Part shown: one piece after another, positions 1 to 11,716 of the stretch | How positions within the stretch are numbered: position 1 is the stretch's first letter | Layout: each line of letters begins with the position of its first letter | From: Octopus vulgaris | Lineage: Eukaryota | Reading direction: 5' to 3' | NCBI GenBank assembly: GCA_951406725.2 | Contig: OX597821.1 | Coordinates: 44,268,001 to 44,332,000 of the forward strand | Length of the DNA stretch: 64,000 nucleotides | Notes under the pieces: generated by a model | Database searches by the model: none | Told to the model about the DNA's origin: nothing | Seen by the model: only the letters and a program-made list of their open reading frames with translations | Translations under genes and position numbers: made by a program

Positions 1-126
1 AGACCAAGGTATTAAAGATATTCCAGCTGTGACCATCTCACCTTTAAGTAAAAATCAAAATGACTACATTACACAATATGTTCTTCCTTTTTAAGACAGT
101 AGTGCATGATTTATGTGAGATTTGAT

Positions 127-128
<2 letters not shown>

Positions 129-164
<36 letters not shown>

Positions 165-350
165 TTTTGTTGCTGTTGTACAAGCAGCAGCAGCAGCAGC
201 AGAACCAGTTGTAGAAGCTGTGGTAGAAGCAACAGAACTGGCAGCAGTAGCATTAATAGTGGTAGCTATATCAGCAGCGGTGGCGCCTACAGCAGTAGCA
301 GTAGCAGTAGCAGCTGCAGCAGCAGCAGCAGTAGTAGTAGTAGTTGTTTG
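129..350. repeat. (GTA)n/(GCA)n trinucleotide microsatellite
   Basis: Read directly. Confidence 0.85.
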
Positions 351-439
351 TGGACTGAGGCGAGGGGTGGGTGCAGGAAATGGCTCCAAGAGAGGAAAAT
401 AACAAATTAATTAGTTCCATTAATAAAATTTATGTACAG

Positions 440-640
440 AATTGTTTGTCTGCCAGGCTAAACACCTAGTGATATTTCATCCGTCTTCACATTCCAAGTT
501 CAAATCCTGTCATGGTCAACTTTGCCTTTCATCCATTTGGAGTTCATAAAAGAAGTACTGGTTGAACACTGGGGTTGATGTAATCAACTTACCTCCATCC
601 TCTAAAATTGCTGGCCTTGTGCCAAAATTTGAAACCGATA
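440..640 (+). mobile_element. SINE family B (CORE-like, tRNA-derived), degenerate
   Basis: GTTCAAATCC..GGTCAACTTTGCCTTTCATCC..AAGTAC..CTGGGGTTGATGTAATC, homologous to 52203-52434. Confidence 0.75.
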
Positions 641-887
641 TGTATTTATGAGGGTAGCATCCAAAAATTTCACTTTTCATGTTTAAGGAAGTGACTAGAT
701 CTGGGGCAATTCATTCATCCGTCCATTGATCCATGTAGGTCAACGAATCAATGCATGGATGAATGAATAGACGTATGAATCAGTGGATGGATATGTGCTT
801 TCAAAATATAATATACATGTGAATTGCAGGTGCCTGTTGAAGTGCAATTCCACCTGTTGCTTTTTTGTTCTCTCATTCCCTCAACTC

Positions 888-1040
888 GAGCATGGCTGTG
901 TGGTTAGGGAGCTTGCTTTCTAGCTACATGGTTTCGGGTTCAGTCCCACTGTGTGGCACTTTGGGTAGGTGTCTTCTGCTATAGCCCCGAGCCGACCGGA
1001 GCTTTGTGATTGAATTCGGCAGGCGGAAGTTACTGCCGTG
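888..1040 (+). mobile_element. SINE family A 5' half (tRNA-like head)
   Basis: GGCTGTGTGGTTAG A-box and GGGTTCAGTCCC B-box; homologous to 30279-30680. Confidence 0.75.
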
Positions 1041-1514
1041 TGTGTATATGTGCATGTAGGTGCTTGTGCCTCTCCGAAAGATAGAGAGGGTTTCAGTCAA
1101 TCCAGGGCTTTTATTTAAACCTAATACTTATTCTATCAGTTTTTTTTTGCTGAACTGCTTAGTTACGGGTACATAAACACACTAACACCAGTTGTCTGGC
1201 ATTGGATGGGGGTCAAACACAAGCACACAAGCATATTACTGTGTTTAGGGAGAGTCATTCCGTTTTAATGCCTTATTAATTAACACACTCATCAGTTCCA
1301 TTTCCACTCGTTTATTCATATTTTCTAAAATTTTCATTGCTTCTGGCAACCTCTTCAATAGTCGTTGACTCTGTCCATTATCAGAGCTGCATTCTTTTTT
1401 TGTGTTTGTTTGTGCACATGTGAGTGCATCAGTCTGCATATGTATGTATGTATGTATGTATATATGTATGTATGCATATACGCACGTGTGTGTGTATGCA
1501 TATATATATATATG

Positions 1515-1696
1515 TGCAGTATTTCGTCTGCCATTACGTTCTGAGTTCAAATTCCGCCAAGGTCGACTTTGCCTTTCATTCTTTCAGGGTCGATAAATTA
1601 AGTACCAGTTATGCACTGGGGTCGATATAATCGACTTAATCCATTTGTCTGTCTTTGTTTGTCCCCTCTGTGTTTATCCCCTTGTGGCCAATAAAG

Positions 1697-1700
<4 letters not shown>
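1515..1700 (+). mobile_element. SINE family B, 5'-truncated
   Basis: Near-identical to the 3' two-thirds of 52203-52434. Confidence 0.85.
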
Positions 1701-1730
<30 letters not shown>

Positions 1731-1734
<4 letters not shown>

Positions 1735-1935
1735 TTTAATCCAAACGGGAAACAAAAAAACAACAACAAGGGAACAATTACAGTATTATTATTAATAGGC
1801 GCTCAGGAAATGGAAGCAGGGAGGTATGACGTTTCGAGCGGAGCTCTTCGTCGGAAACATAAAGAAGGAAGAGAGAGGAAAGAAAGATCCCGGAGCGGGC
1901 AACGGAGATAGAGAAAAAAACGGCTGGTGTTAGGA
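1731..1935 (-). mobile_element. PLE pseudo-LTR-like 3' end with a minimal hammerhead-like motif (1822-1860)
   Basis: Minus strand reads TGTTT CCGACGA A GAGC-TCC-GCTC GAAA CG TC ATAC and ends at a (TA)n tract. Related copies at 40300-40490 and 43100-43295. Confidence 0.65.
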
Positions 1936-2019
1936 GTAGCACATGGTGAAAGGCGGATGTTTACGATAACGAGAGCAAAGTGGGTTTTTAAAGGCAAAAG
2001 AGTGGAGACAAGGTTGGTA

Positions 2020-2722
2020 ACGCAACAGATGTGTGTGTATGTGTGAGTGTGTGCGTGTGCGTGTGTGTATGTGTGTGTGTGAGGCGAGGTAAAAAAACAA
2101 AAAATATATGTATGTGTTAGTGTGTGCGTCTGTGTGTAGGCGTGTGAGGTAGGGCGAGACGGTGGTCAGCATAGCAGCAGCATAGCAGACAAAGGTCAGT
2201 AGTGAGAAAAGGGAGGAAGGAGGAAGGGAGGGAGGGGAAGGGGTGGGGGCGTATGTAGCGTGCCAGCGTGTGTTGAGTAGTAGTGTGTGTGTGTGTCCAG
2301 TGTCGTGGTAGTATTAGTGGCGAGTAGATTGAATGTGTGTAAGAGTGATGTATATGTTTAAGCAATGTGTGTATATGTGTGCGCGTGTGTGTAACGAAAA
2401 AAGGGGGGGGGTTAGGAAAAGGACTCCAGCGGAGGGGAAGATGGAAGAGTGGTCCCGCGGAGACGGGCGTGGGAAAACCCAACGACAAGCGACATCCCAG
2501 GAACGGGCGGGAGGTCTCGTCGGGTCCAAGGGCGAGGTGCATGCGGGGCGCATGCGTGCGCGAACCGGCGCAAACGCGTGTGTGCGCGAGCCTGCGAGTG
2601 TGCGCGTACGTATGTGTGCGTGTGGATGTGTGAGTGTGTCTGTGTGTATGTCTTGGTGGCAGTGTGTCCGATGAATGTATGTGAGTATGTGTGTATATAT
2701 GTGTGTGCATAGATGTATGTCC

Positions 2723-2753
<31 letters not shown>

Positions 2754-4735
2754 TATGAGTGTGTATGTATGTACGTGTGGGTGTGGGGAAGTGTGTGTAT
2801 GTGCATGTGTGTGCGCGAACATACAGGTGTGTGAGTGAGTGCGTGTGTGTGTATGTATGTGTGAGTGTGTATGTATGTGTGTGTAGGATGCATGTATGTG
2901 TATGGGTGTATGTATGCGTGTGTGTATGTATGTATGTGTACGTGCGTGTGTGTGTGTGTATGCTTGTAGGTGTGCGCGTGTGCATGCGTGCATGTATGTG
3001 CGTATGTGTGTGTGTGTGCATGTGTGTGGGTATATATGTGTGTGCGTATATGTGTGTGTATGTGCGTATGTGTGTGTGTGTGTGCATGTGTGTGTGTAGG
3101 TGTGTAGGCGTGTGTGTATAGGTGTATGTATGTAAGTATGTATGGGTGTGTCCGTGTATGTGTGTATGTATGTGTGTGTATGTAGCTGTGTGGGCGTGTG
3201 TATATGTGTGTGTATGTAGGTGTGTAGGCGTGTGTATATAGGTGTATCTATGTATGTCTGGGTGTGTCCGTGCATGTTTGTGTGTGTGTGTGTATGCATG
3301 TGTATGTAGGTGTGTGTGTACGTGTGTAATGTATGTGTGTATGCGTGTGTATGCGTGCGTGTGTGTATGTAGGTGCGTGTGTATGTGTGTGGGAGTGTAG
3401 GTGTGTGTGTGCGTGTGCGTGTTTATGTTGGTGTGTGCGTATGTGAGTGTGAGTGTATGAGTGTTTGTCATGCATGTGTGTGCGCGTGCAGGTGAGTGTG
3501 TGTGTAAGTATGTGTGTGTAAGTATGTGTGTGTGTATGTTTGTGTGAGTGTGTATGTGTGTATGTCTGTGTGTATGTATGTGCGTATAGGAGTATGTAGG
3601 TATGTGTGTGTGTATGTATATGGGTGTATGTATGTATGTGTGTGTGTGTGCATGTGTATAAGTATATGCGTGTGTGCGTATGTGTGTGTATGTGTATGTG
3701 TGTGTGTTTATGTATGTGTGTATGTATGTGTGTAGGCGTGAGTGTGTAGATGTATGTATGTATGGGTGTGTGTCAGTGTGTGTTTGTGTGTGTGTAGGTA
3801 GAAGTGTGTGTCTGAGTGAGGGTATGGCTGTGTAGGTGTGTGTGTGTATGAATGTAAGTGTGTGTATACAAGTGTAATGTATGTATGTGGGTGTGTGTGT
3901 GTGTGTATGTGTACGTGTGCGTGTGTATGTGTGTGTGTGTATGCGTGTGAGTGTGGGTGTATGGGTGTATGTCTGTGTGTGTGTATGTCTGAAGTGGGTA
4001 TGTGTGTGTATGTATGTATGTGTGTGTGTGTGCGGGTATGTGTGTGTGTGTATGTGTGTGTGTGAGTAGGTGTGCGTGTATGTATGTGGGTAGGGATGCA
4101 TGCGAGTGTGTGGGTATGTATGCAAACATACGCAAGCGCACATCCGAAGCAAGCCCACACACACGAAGCGCGCTCGCGCACACAACGCACAAGCAGTGCA
4201 ACGCAAGCCCAAAGGGGCCGACCGAGCCCCCAGCGTGCGCCAAGGCGCGCGAGCGCAAAGGCCCTCGAACGCCCCGCTACGCGGGAACCGAGGATCCATC
4301 AGCCAAAACCGGAACGCAGAAAAGAGGGGGGCTGCCTGGATGCAAAAAGGTGTATGTGTGTGTGCATTCAGTGTACGGGTGTGCATGTGTGGGTATGTAT
4401 GTATGTATGTGCCTACATGTATGTGTGCATGTGTGTGTGTGTGAAGTATGTACGTGCGGTGTGTGTGTGTGAGTGTGTGTGTATGTATGTGCGTATGTAT
4501 GTGTGTGTGTATGTGTGTATGTATGTCTGTGTGTGTGTGTGTGTGTAAGTATGTATGCGTGTGTGTATGTATGTATGTGTGTGTGTATGTGCATGTGTGT
4601 CTGTAAGTGTGTGTGATTAAATGTGTGAATGTATGTACGTAGATGGGTCTACGTATGTGTGTGTGTGAACAGGCGTGTGGGAGGTAGGTAGGTGGGTGGG
4701 AGGTAGGTGGGTGGGTGTGTGTGGGTGGTGTGTCC
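2020..4735. repeat. About 2.7 kb compound (TG)n/(TATG)n low-complexity tract with two GC/CpG-rich islands (about 2400-2620 and 4120-4350)
   Basis: Alternating purine-pyrimidine repeats read directly; A25 run at 4738-4762. Confidence 0.9.
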
Positions 4736-4768
4736 GGAAAAAAAAAAAAAAAAAAAAAAAAAACGGTC

Positions 4769-5456
4769 TCAAGAGGAGGGGGCTGTGTTAAGTCCGTGTG
4801 GGGTGGTAGTATGTAGGGTGAAGATGTAGCGTTGCTCCAAGTGGAGCCTGGAAAGTGGGCGACCATTGTGGGGGGCGAGACCAAACACTGAGATGTCATC
4901 TCGGGAATGGCCGGCCGAGCGGAAGTGGCGTGCGACGGGAGAAAAAGAGTGTAGGCGAACGTCCCTCAAGTGTTCAGTGAAACGGTCGGACAACCGGCGT
5001 CCCGTCTGACCTACATACAGCATCCCGCATAGGTTGCATTTAATGCAGTAAATAAGGCCAGACGAGGTGCACGTAAAAGAGTGCCTAATGCGTACAGTAT
5101 GCAGGTTGGAGCCGGTGACAGCGGTGGTGTTGGTGATGAAGGGGCAAGTGTTGCAGCGGGATCTAGAGCAAGGGAATGATCCGTGTGGGGCTGAGGGGGA
5201 AGGGGAGAGGGTGCTGTGGACCAGGAGGTCACGCAGATTGCGGGCTCGTTTGAAAGAGGACAGGGGTGGGTTAGGGAAAATGGGGCGGGTGGTGGGATCA
5301 AGCTGGAGGCGACGGAAGGCACGTAGTATCTTGCGACGAAGGGGTAGGGTAGAGGGGTGGAAAAGGAGGGGGAAGGGGGTGCGGTTGGGGGGTGGGCGGG
5401 GGGAAGGAGACAAGGCGGTAGTGCGGTCGATGCGACGGGCGCGGGTGAGGGCATCA
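4769..5456 (-). mobile_element. Penelope-like element (Neptune-type), 5'-truncated: RT thumb/linker plus GIY-YIG endonuclease
   Basis: Open frame with FKRARNLRDLLV, Cys cluster CSRSRCNTC..FTC, LIYCIKCNLCGMLYVGQT (GIY-YIG), RFTEH, VARHF..GH, LEQRYI..L.T..PHGLN. GC- and CpG-rich with no stops, suggesting a young copy. Confidence 0.9.
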
Positions 5457-5869
5457 GAGAGATATGTATGCATGTACATTTGTATGTATGTATTCTGCAT
5501 ATTCATGTGTTTTCATGTTTGTGTGTTCATGCTTGTGTGTTTATGTGTTTGTGTGTCTGTGTATTTGTGTGTGTAACTCTGTCTCCTTGTGTGTACATGT
5601 TTAAGTGTGTCTATGTGTATGAGTTTGTGTGACTGTATACGTGCATCTGTTATGTATGGATGTGTGTCTCCATGTGTGTCTTTGTGTGTGTGTGTGTATG
5701 TGTGTGTGTGAAGTGTGTGTGTATATGGTCATATGTTTCAGTCTTCTTTTGTGCATGTATGTGTGTATGTGTGTGTGTATGTGTGTGCTTGTCTGTTCGT
5801 ATTACCTATGTACTTATCTATCTACATATTTATCGGTTTACTTACATATCTATTTACCTACATATATAT

Positions 5870-6045
5870 ACAATTTCAGCATGGAAGGTGTTTATAAGTC
5901 ATTTAAAGGCACAAACACAAAAAGACCGTTAGATTCACCTCAACATTTAAATTCAATTTGTCAAAATATTTTTGTCGCTTTGAGACCGTGACCTGCTCAC
6001 TGACAAAATTCCGTGCTGCATCTGAGAAAGTAACAGTTAGTTCAT
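5870..6045 (-). mobile_element. Short PLE pLTR-like fragment with hammerhead topology (5957-6007)
   Basis: Minus strand reads TTTGTCA GTGAGCA G GTCAC-GGTCTCAAA-GCGAC AAAA ATAT TT TGACAAA: 7-bp stem I, stem II and palindromic stem III. Flanked by microsatellites. Confidence 0.5.
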
Positions 6046-6046
6046 G

Positions 6047-6077
<31 letters not shown>

Positions 6078-6311
6078 TGTATGTATGTATGTATGTATGT
6101 ATGTATGTATGTATGTATGTGTATATGTATATGTGTGTACTTATGTATATATGTGAGTATATAGGTATCTAAGTGTGTAGATGTGTCTGTGTGTGTGTAT
6201 ATATGTATGTACATGTGAATGTATGTTTATGTACTGATATGTGTGTCTGTTCAAGTTGTATATATGACTGTTACACTGTTGAAGGTTGTATAGATTTGTG
6301 TGTGTGTGTGT

Positions 6312-6860
6312 ATGAGTAGAATAGCCTGTAATTGCTGGAAATATTCGCTCCACAAACTGGCCAGGTTGAGGCCCCATAACAGGGTTTACATAGGGTTTAT
6401 GGTCCTTACATAAACTGTATAGCATAGGAACATCATTGTTGAATGCTTGGGAAATTTTGTGCATTCTGTTTCTTGGGTTGAGGTATGTTGCACCACATTC
6501 CCATGTGTGCTTTGAGAAGTCTTTCCACTCTTTCATGTTCCTGTGGTGCAACTTCTCTCATGCTACTGATGTGTTGTTGTATGGCCTGGACATAGTTCTG
6601 TGGGCTGTCTATCAACAGTCTGCCGGACTTGTCCATGGGGAGCCACACTAATTCCCTGTTCCTGATTCCCTGTTTCAGTTTTTCTAGGCTTTTGGCAACA
6701 GATGAACTGAGTTGGTGGCTGTCCACCACATAATAATTTTTAGTGGTTTTGTTATATTGGTCTAAGATGTGTTGGAGTCTATTTCTAGCTAAGGAAATCT
6801 TTGCCTCTGTCTCACTGCTAGTCTGTGGTGGGATACATACCTTTTTATTGAAGGGTTCAT
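6312..6860 (-). mobile_element. Degenerate PLE reverse transcriptase N-terminal fragment (frameshifted)
   Basis: LEKLKQGIRNRELVWLPMDKSGRLLIDSPQNYV (DKG-like motif) followed in another frame by VPMLYSLCKDHKP...GP (P.LY.LPK.HK...P.RP-like motif). Preceded by a (CAA)-rich low-complexity segment at 6900-7370. Confidence 0.7.
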
Positions 6861-7478
6861 CATATCGTATGATTTATTGTTGGGGTTATAGAAAACAGAG
6901 TGTAGAGTGCTACTAGTGTTACTATCATTGTGGTTGTTGCTGTTATGGTTACTGATGGTGGTGGTTGGAGTGGTTGTATTGTGTTCATTGTTATTATTGT
7001 TGTTATTGTGATTATTGTTGTTGTTGTGATTATTGTTGTTGTTGTGGTTATTGTTGTTGTTGTGGCTATTGTTGTTGTTGTGATTATTGTTGCTAGTGTT
7101 GTGGGGGGGTGTTGGTGGTGTGGATGATGTTATGTTTCGTATTGTTGTCTGTGTATGGGGTGTTGCAAATATTGTTGTTATTGTCATTGTTGTTGTTGTT
7201 ATAGTTATTATAATTGTTCTTGTTTTTGTTTCATGTTTGTGTTGTTGTTGTAATTATTTGTGTGTGAGATGTTGTGGTTATCACTGTTGTTATTGTTATT
7301 GTCACTATTGTTGTCATTAACAATACTTTTGCTATTGTTGTTGTTTTGGTTTCATATGTTTGTGTTGTTTTTGTATTGTCCTAACCTCCATCTTATTTTT
7401 AAAAACATTCTTTCAATCTCAGACAGACAATAAATTTTTCTGACCATATATATATATATATAAATATAAATATATATA

Positions 7479-7510
<32 letters not shown>

Positions 7511-7511
<1 letters not shown>

Positions 7512-7720
7512 GTGAAGGCACATGGCTTCGTGGTTAGAGCATTCAGCTCACGATCATAAAGTCATAAGGTTCAATTCCTGGTGATGCATTGTGTCCTTAT
7601 TTCATGTTGCTCCAGTCCACTCAGCTGGCAAAAATGAGTAGTACCTGTATTTCAAAAAAGGGCCAGCCTTGTCACACTCTGTGTCATGCTGAATCTCTGT
7701 GAGAACTATGTTAAGGGTAC
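7511..7720 (+). mobile_element. SINE family C-related copy (tRNA-derived head)
   Basis: GGCACATGGCTTCGTGGTTAGAGC..GGTTCAATTCC head, then GGGCCAGCCTTGTCACACTCTGTGTCATGCTGAATCTC body shared with 23532-23919. Confidence 0.75.
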
Positions 7721-7722
7721 AT

Positions 7723-7782
<60 letters not shown>

Positions 7783-7865
7783 AAAGGGAGACAGAGACAG
7801 ACAGACAGGCAGAGACAGACAGAGAGTGAGAGAGAGATAAAGAGAGGAAAGAAGGAAGAAAGGAA

Positions 7866-7931
<66 letters not shown>

Positions 7932-7960
7932 AAGGCTGACAGAAAGGGAGAGAAAAAGAA
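7723..7960. repeat. Compound (AGAT)n/(AGAC)n/(GAAA)n microsatellite
   Basis: Read directly. Confidence 0.9.
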
Positions 7961-8769
7961 AAAGACATTCATAGCATTCACTGTGTCTAACCTGTCATCA
8001 TAAAAAGTAAAGCAAAACAATTAATCATGATATTACATCAGTTATGAAGATTCAATAAATTTAATTGATCTCGTGCTGTCAGAAATCCAGTCTTGATTCC
8101 ATCTTTTTAATAATGGTTTATGTATTGGTGCTTCTTAATTACAATAGATTACATGCACGAGCTCGTTTAAAGAAGGAATTTCACTTTATTTATTAATGAC
8201 GGTCTTCTTGTCTTTTCCTATTTTTGTCTTGCCTTTTTGTAAGGTGCAGGCATAGCTGTGTGGTTAAGTAGCTCGCTTCCCAGCCATATGGCCTTCGGTT
8301 CAATCCATCTGTACTCCATCTTGGTTAATCTGGGGCTTCTATTATATCTCCAAGTCTTACCAAGCTTTGTTAGTGGATTTGGTAGATAGAAACTGGAAGA
8401 AGTCCATCATATACATGCATGCATGTATGTATGCATGTATGTATGTATGTATGAACATGTATGTGTGTCAGTTTTTTTGAGGTCATTTGTATGAATTTAG
8501 AAAAAGACGCATAACACATCAAAGTAAAGTTGTACTAGAAAACAAATTGGAATTTATTTGCATTTTTAGTAGCATTACTTGCTAACAGAGAGCTGTACAG
8601 AAACTATCAGCTTATCAAGTTTCTTTGCAACATTTGATGTCAATAATTTGTTATTGTATCTTATCATATTCTGTCCACTTCTTGTTCTCTATATTAGTTG
8701 CCTTCTGTTTGAAGCTTATGAACTTCCTACACTCAGATCCTTGGATCATATTTATATATATTCATTCAT

Positions 8770-9168
8770 TTATTCATTTACTTGTTTCAGTCAATTGACT
8801 GTGGCCATGCTGGAGCACCGCCTTTAGTCGAGGAAATTGACTCCAGGACTTATTCTTTGTAAGCCTAGTACTTATTCTATCAGTCTCTTTTGCCAAACCG
8901 CTAAGTTACAGGGACGTAAACACACCAGCATCAGTTGTCAAGCAATGTTGGGGGAGGGGAGCAAACACAACACACAAACATACACATATATATATACATA
9001 TATACAACGGGCTTCTTTCAGTTTCTGTCTACCAAATCCACTCACAAGGCTTTGGTCAGCCCGAGGCTATAGCAGAAGACACTTGCCCAAGATGCCATGC
9101 AGTGGGACTAAACCTGGAACCATGTGGTTCGTAAGCAAGCTACTTACCACAAAGCCACTCCTACGCCT
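8770..9168 (-). mobile_element. SINE family A, full length
   Basis: tRNA-like head, internal (TA/CA)n, 3' GGTGCTCCAGCATGGCCACAGTC..CTGAAACAAGTAAA tail. Further partial copies near 8245, 12840, 15950, 22925, 42101, 44620, 50012, 54255, 58907, 60917 and 61920. Confidence 0.9.
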
Positions 9169-11014
9169 ATATATTATAATCATCAGCAGCAGCAGCACCA
9201 AGCTCACATGTTTAAATGTGTGTGTGTGTGTGTGTGTGTGCATGAGTATGCATACCCTTGTCTTAACATCACATTATAGTAGTAAACAAATAGCATCATC
9301 ATATAAGTGATATTGTTTGTTTGTTTCAAGTCTTTTGTGAAAAATATTTGGTCATGGAGAAAATTTCCTGGCTTGGAAATATGCGTGGGTGGGTAACAGT
9401 AAAGCCATCCAGCCATAGAAAATCTTCAACAACAAATTCCATCTGACCCACACAGGCATGAAAAAGCAGGCATTAAATGATGATGATGATGATGAGAATG
9501 ATGATGATGATGATGATGATAACCCCTGTCCTCTGTATTGAGAGTAGATATGTTAATTATCTGAATTCACATCAAGCTTACTTATAATTAACCATTTTAA
9601 TACATTACTATTTTTCTTTTCCTTTTTTTTTTGTTATCACTTTTCCAAATTATCATATCTAATCAGTACTTTCATCAATATACATTGAAAGCAAGCTGCA
9701 GCTTTTAAGATCTGAAGAAATATGTTGATCCAAATGCAAATTAGATTAAAAAGATATCAAATATAAAACATGAATGTTTCATAGTTCTGCTTTATTTCAG
9801 ATCTGTTAAGGGTTTTAGGTTTGAACACTTAATATTTTTTAGCTCTAAGCTCTTTGATACTTCGTTTGTATCATTTTGTTTGCAAGTTTAATGCCAATAA
9901 GATGATCTTTACTTTTCACCTTCATAACTCACTGAAATATGACTTAGTATAATGCTGGTGCCAATGGAATTGACTTGACCATTCTGATATAAGAACTGAC
10001 AACATACTTTGCTAAATAAATTATCATTTTTATAGGTTCACACATTCTTTGAACTGATCAATTTAGTAGTTGCAGGATATTCTTTATGAGGCCAACTACA
10101 TTATCATAAAATGCGACTCCTGTTTTTAATTTCCTGCTGTTAAAATAAATTTGATACATGTCATTTCATGTCTCGTTTATCACTGTGCAAACCTCTTTTA
10201 CACATCACCATTCCAGCTCTACAATTATCAATAAAATACTAATGATGTTGATGATAGTGGTAGTGGTAGCGGTTGTGGAGGTGGTAGTGGTAGCGGTTGT
10301 GGAGGTGGTAGTGGTAGCAGTGAGGAGGAGGGGTGGAGAAGAAGGGGAACTTGCTGTTTCTTGAAGTCTCTGGGTGAAACTTGGAACAGGTTGTATAAAA
10401 CAAAATAACAACAATAACGGAAACATAAATAACAATAAGAAAAAAAAAGAAAAATAATTGTTTCTAATATTCTAACAAAAATAATAATGTAAGAATAGAC
10501 ATCAGATAAACGTGATAAAGTTACTAGAAGAAGAGCCAAAGTAATTAAAACTGAGAACGCTAAATTAGATTCAGTTGCTTAAACCGGAGAACTAAACTAG
10601 AATTGTCATCACAAATATTTAAGAGTAGATGGAACTGATAAAATATAATCCAGAGAAATGAGGGGAGGAATTAGAAAAGCATACAGTAGAGTTACACTGA
10701 TATCAAAAAGTGAAGGCAGAGCAAAAAATATAAGATAACATGTATAAATATATTTGCCATTCTAGATATAAGTTTAAGCTTCAATGTAATAAATTGGAAG
10801 TTTATTATGTTGAAGAACTTTGACAGGAAAATAACTATGAAACTACATATAACATTTCAAAGTCATCACTTTAAAATTGATATAGATTGAACATACCTGC
10901 CCCACTCATGATGAGGACAAGGCTTCATACAAACAGAGAACTACTACAAAATAATGACAGTATGCATGGTATATGTTACTACTAGGTACTGCAGACATAG
11001 TATACACACACACA

Positions 11015-11052
<38 letters not shown>

Positions 11053-11091
11053 TACATATATGTACACCATTGTCAATGCATTAGCAACAAC

Positions 11092-11165
11092 AGAAGAAGA
11101 AGGAGAAGAAGAAGAAGAAGAAGAAGAAGAAGAAGAAGAAGAAGAAGAAGAAGAAGAAGAAGAAG

Positions 11166-11195
<30 letters not shown>
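11092..11195. repeat. (GAA)n trinucleotide tract
   Basis: About 33 GAA units read directly. Confidence 0.95.
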
Positions 11196-11197
<2 letters not shown>

Positions 11198-11199
11198 GT

Positions 11200-11490
11200 T
11201 CCCCTCCAAAGCACAAGTCCAGGCAAGGTTGTTTATGGAAGACCAGCAGTTGCCCATTCATACCAGCCTCCACTCTCCACACCACTGATGTTATCCAAGG
11301 GAAAGGCAAAGGCTGATACAGCTTGGCACCAGTGATATCACAACTCATCTCTACAGCTGAGTCAACTTGAGCAATGTGAAAAAAAGTGTCTTGCTCAAAA
11401 GTGCAATACACATCCCAGTCCAGGAATCAAACTCACTATTTCCTGATTGTGAGCCCAACACTCTAACCACTGAGTCATGTGTGCCTTCAT
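11200..11490 (-). mobile_element. tRNA-derived SINE (family C/D-like head, different body)
   Basis: Minus strand GGCACACATGACTCAGTGGTTAGAGTGTTGGGCTCACAATC..GAGTTTGATTCCTGGACTGG; body homologous to 16910-17135. Confidence 0.7.
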
Positions 11491-11716
11491 TAGCAACAAC
11501 AACACCATAACAAAACTCTATTTACTCCCCAAACATGCTGAGATGCTATCAATTATGGAGTGAAATTAAGGTTACTAAAATTATTAATTTTAACTCATTG
11601 GAATAGTTAATGGAGGCGTTCAAGATATATATTCTTTATTCTTGGACTAATTAATTTGACAACTTTAATTACTCTATTTCTCTAATTAGTGGTTCTGATT
11701 ACCTTACTATTAACAA

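Noticed and set aside
44-402. Poly-Ala/Val/Thr ORFs, and similar poly-Glu, poly-Asn and poly-Ile ORFs at 6789, 10954 and 27552
   Set aside because: Translations of trinucleotide microsatellites with no splice or domain support.
2314-4899. 861-aa His/Thr-rich ORF and overlapping Cys/Val-rich ORFs
   Set aside because: Alternating purine-pyrimidine repeats cannot contain TAA, TAG or TGA, so long open frames arise in all frames. No domain or codon structure.
4769-5456. Selenocysteine recoding as in Naiad-type PLEs
   Set aside because: No in-frame TGA at Cys positions and no SECIS-like hairpin recognised.
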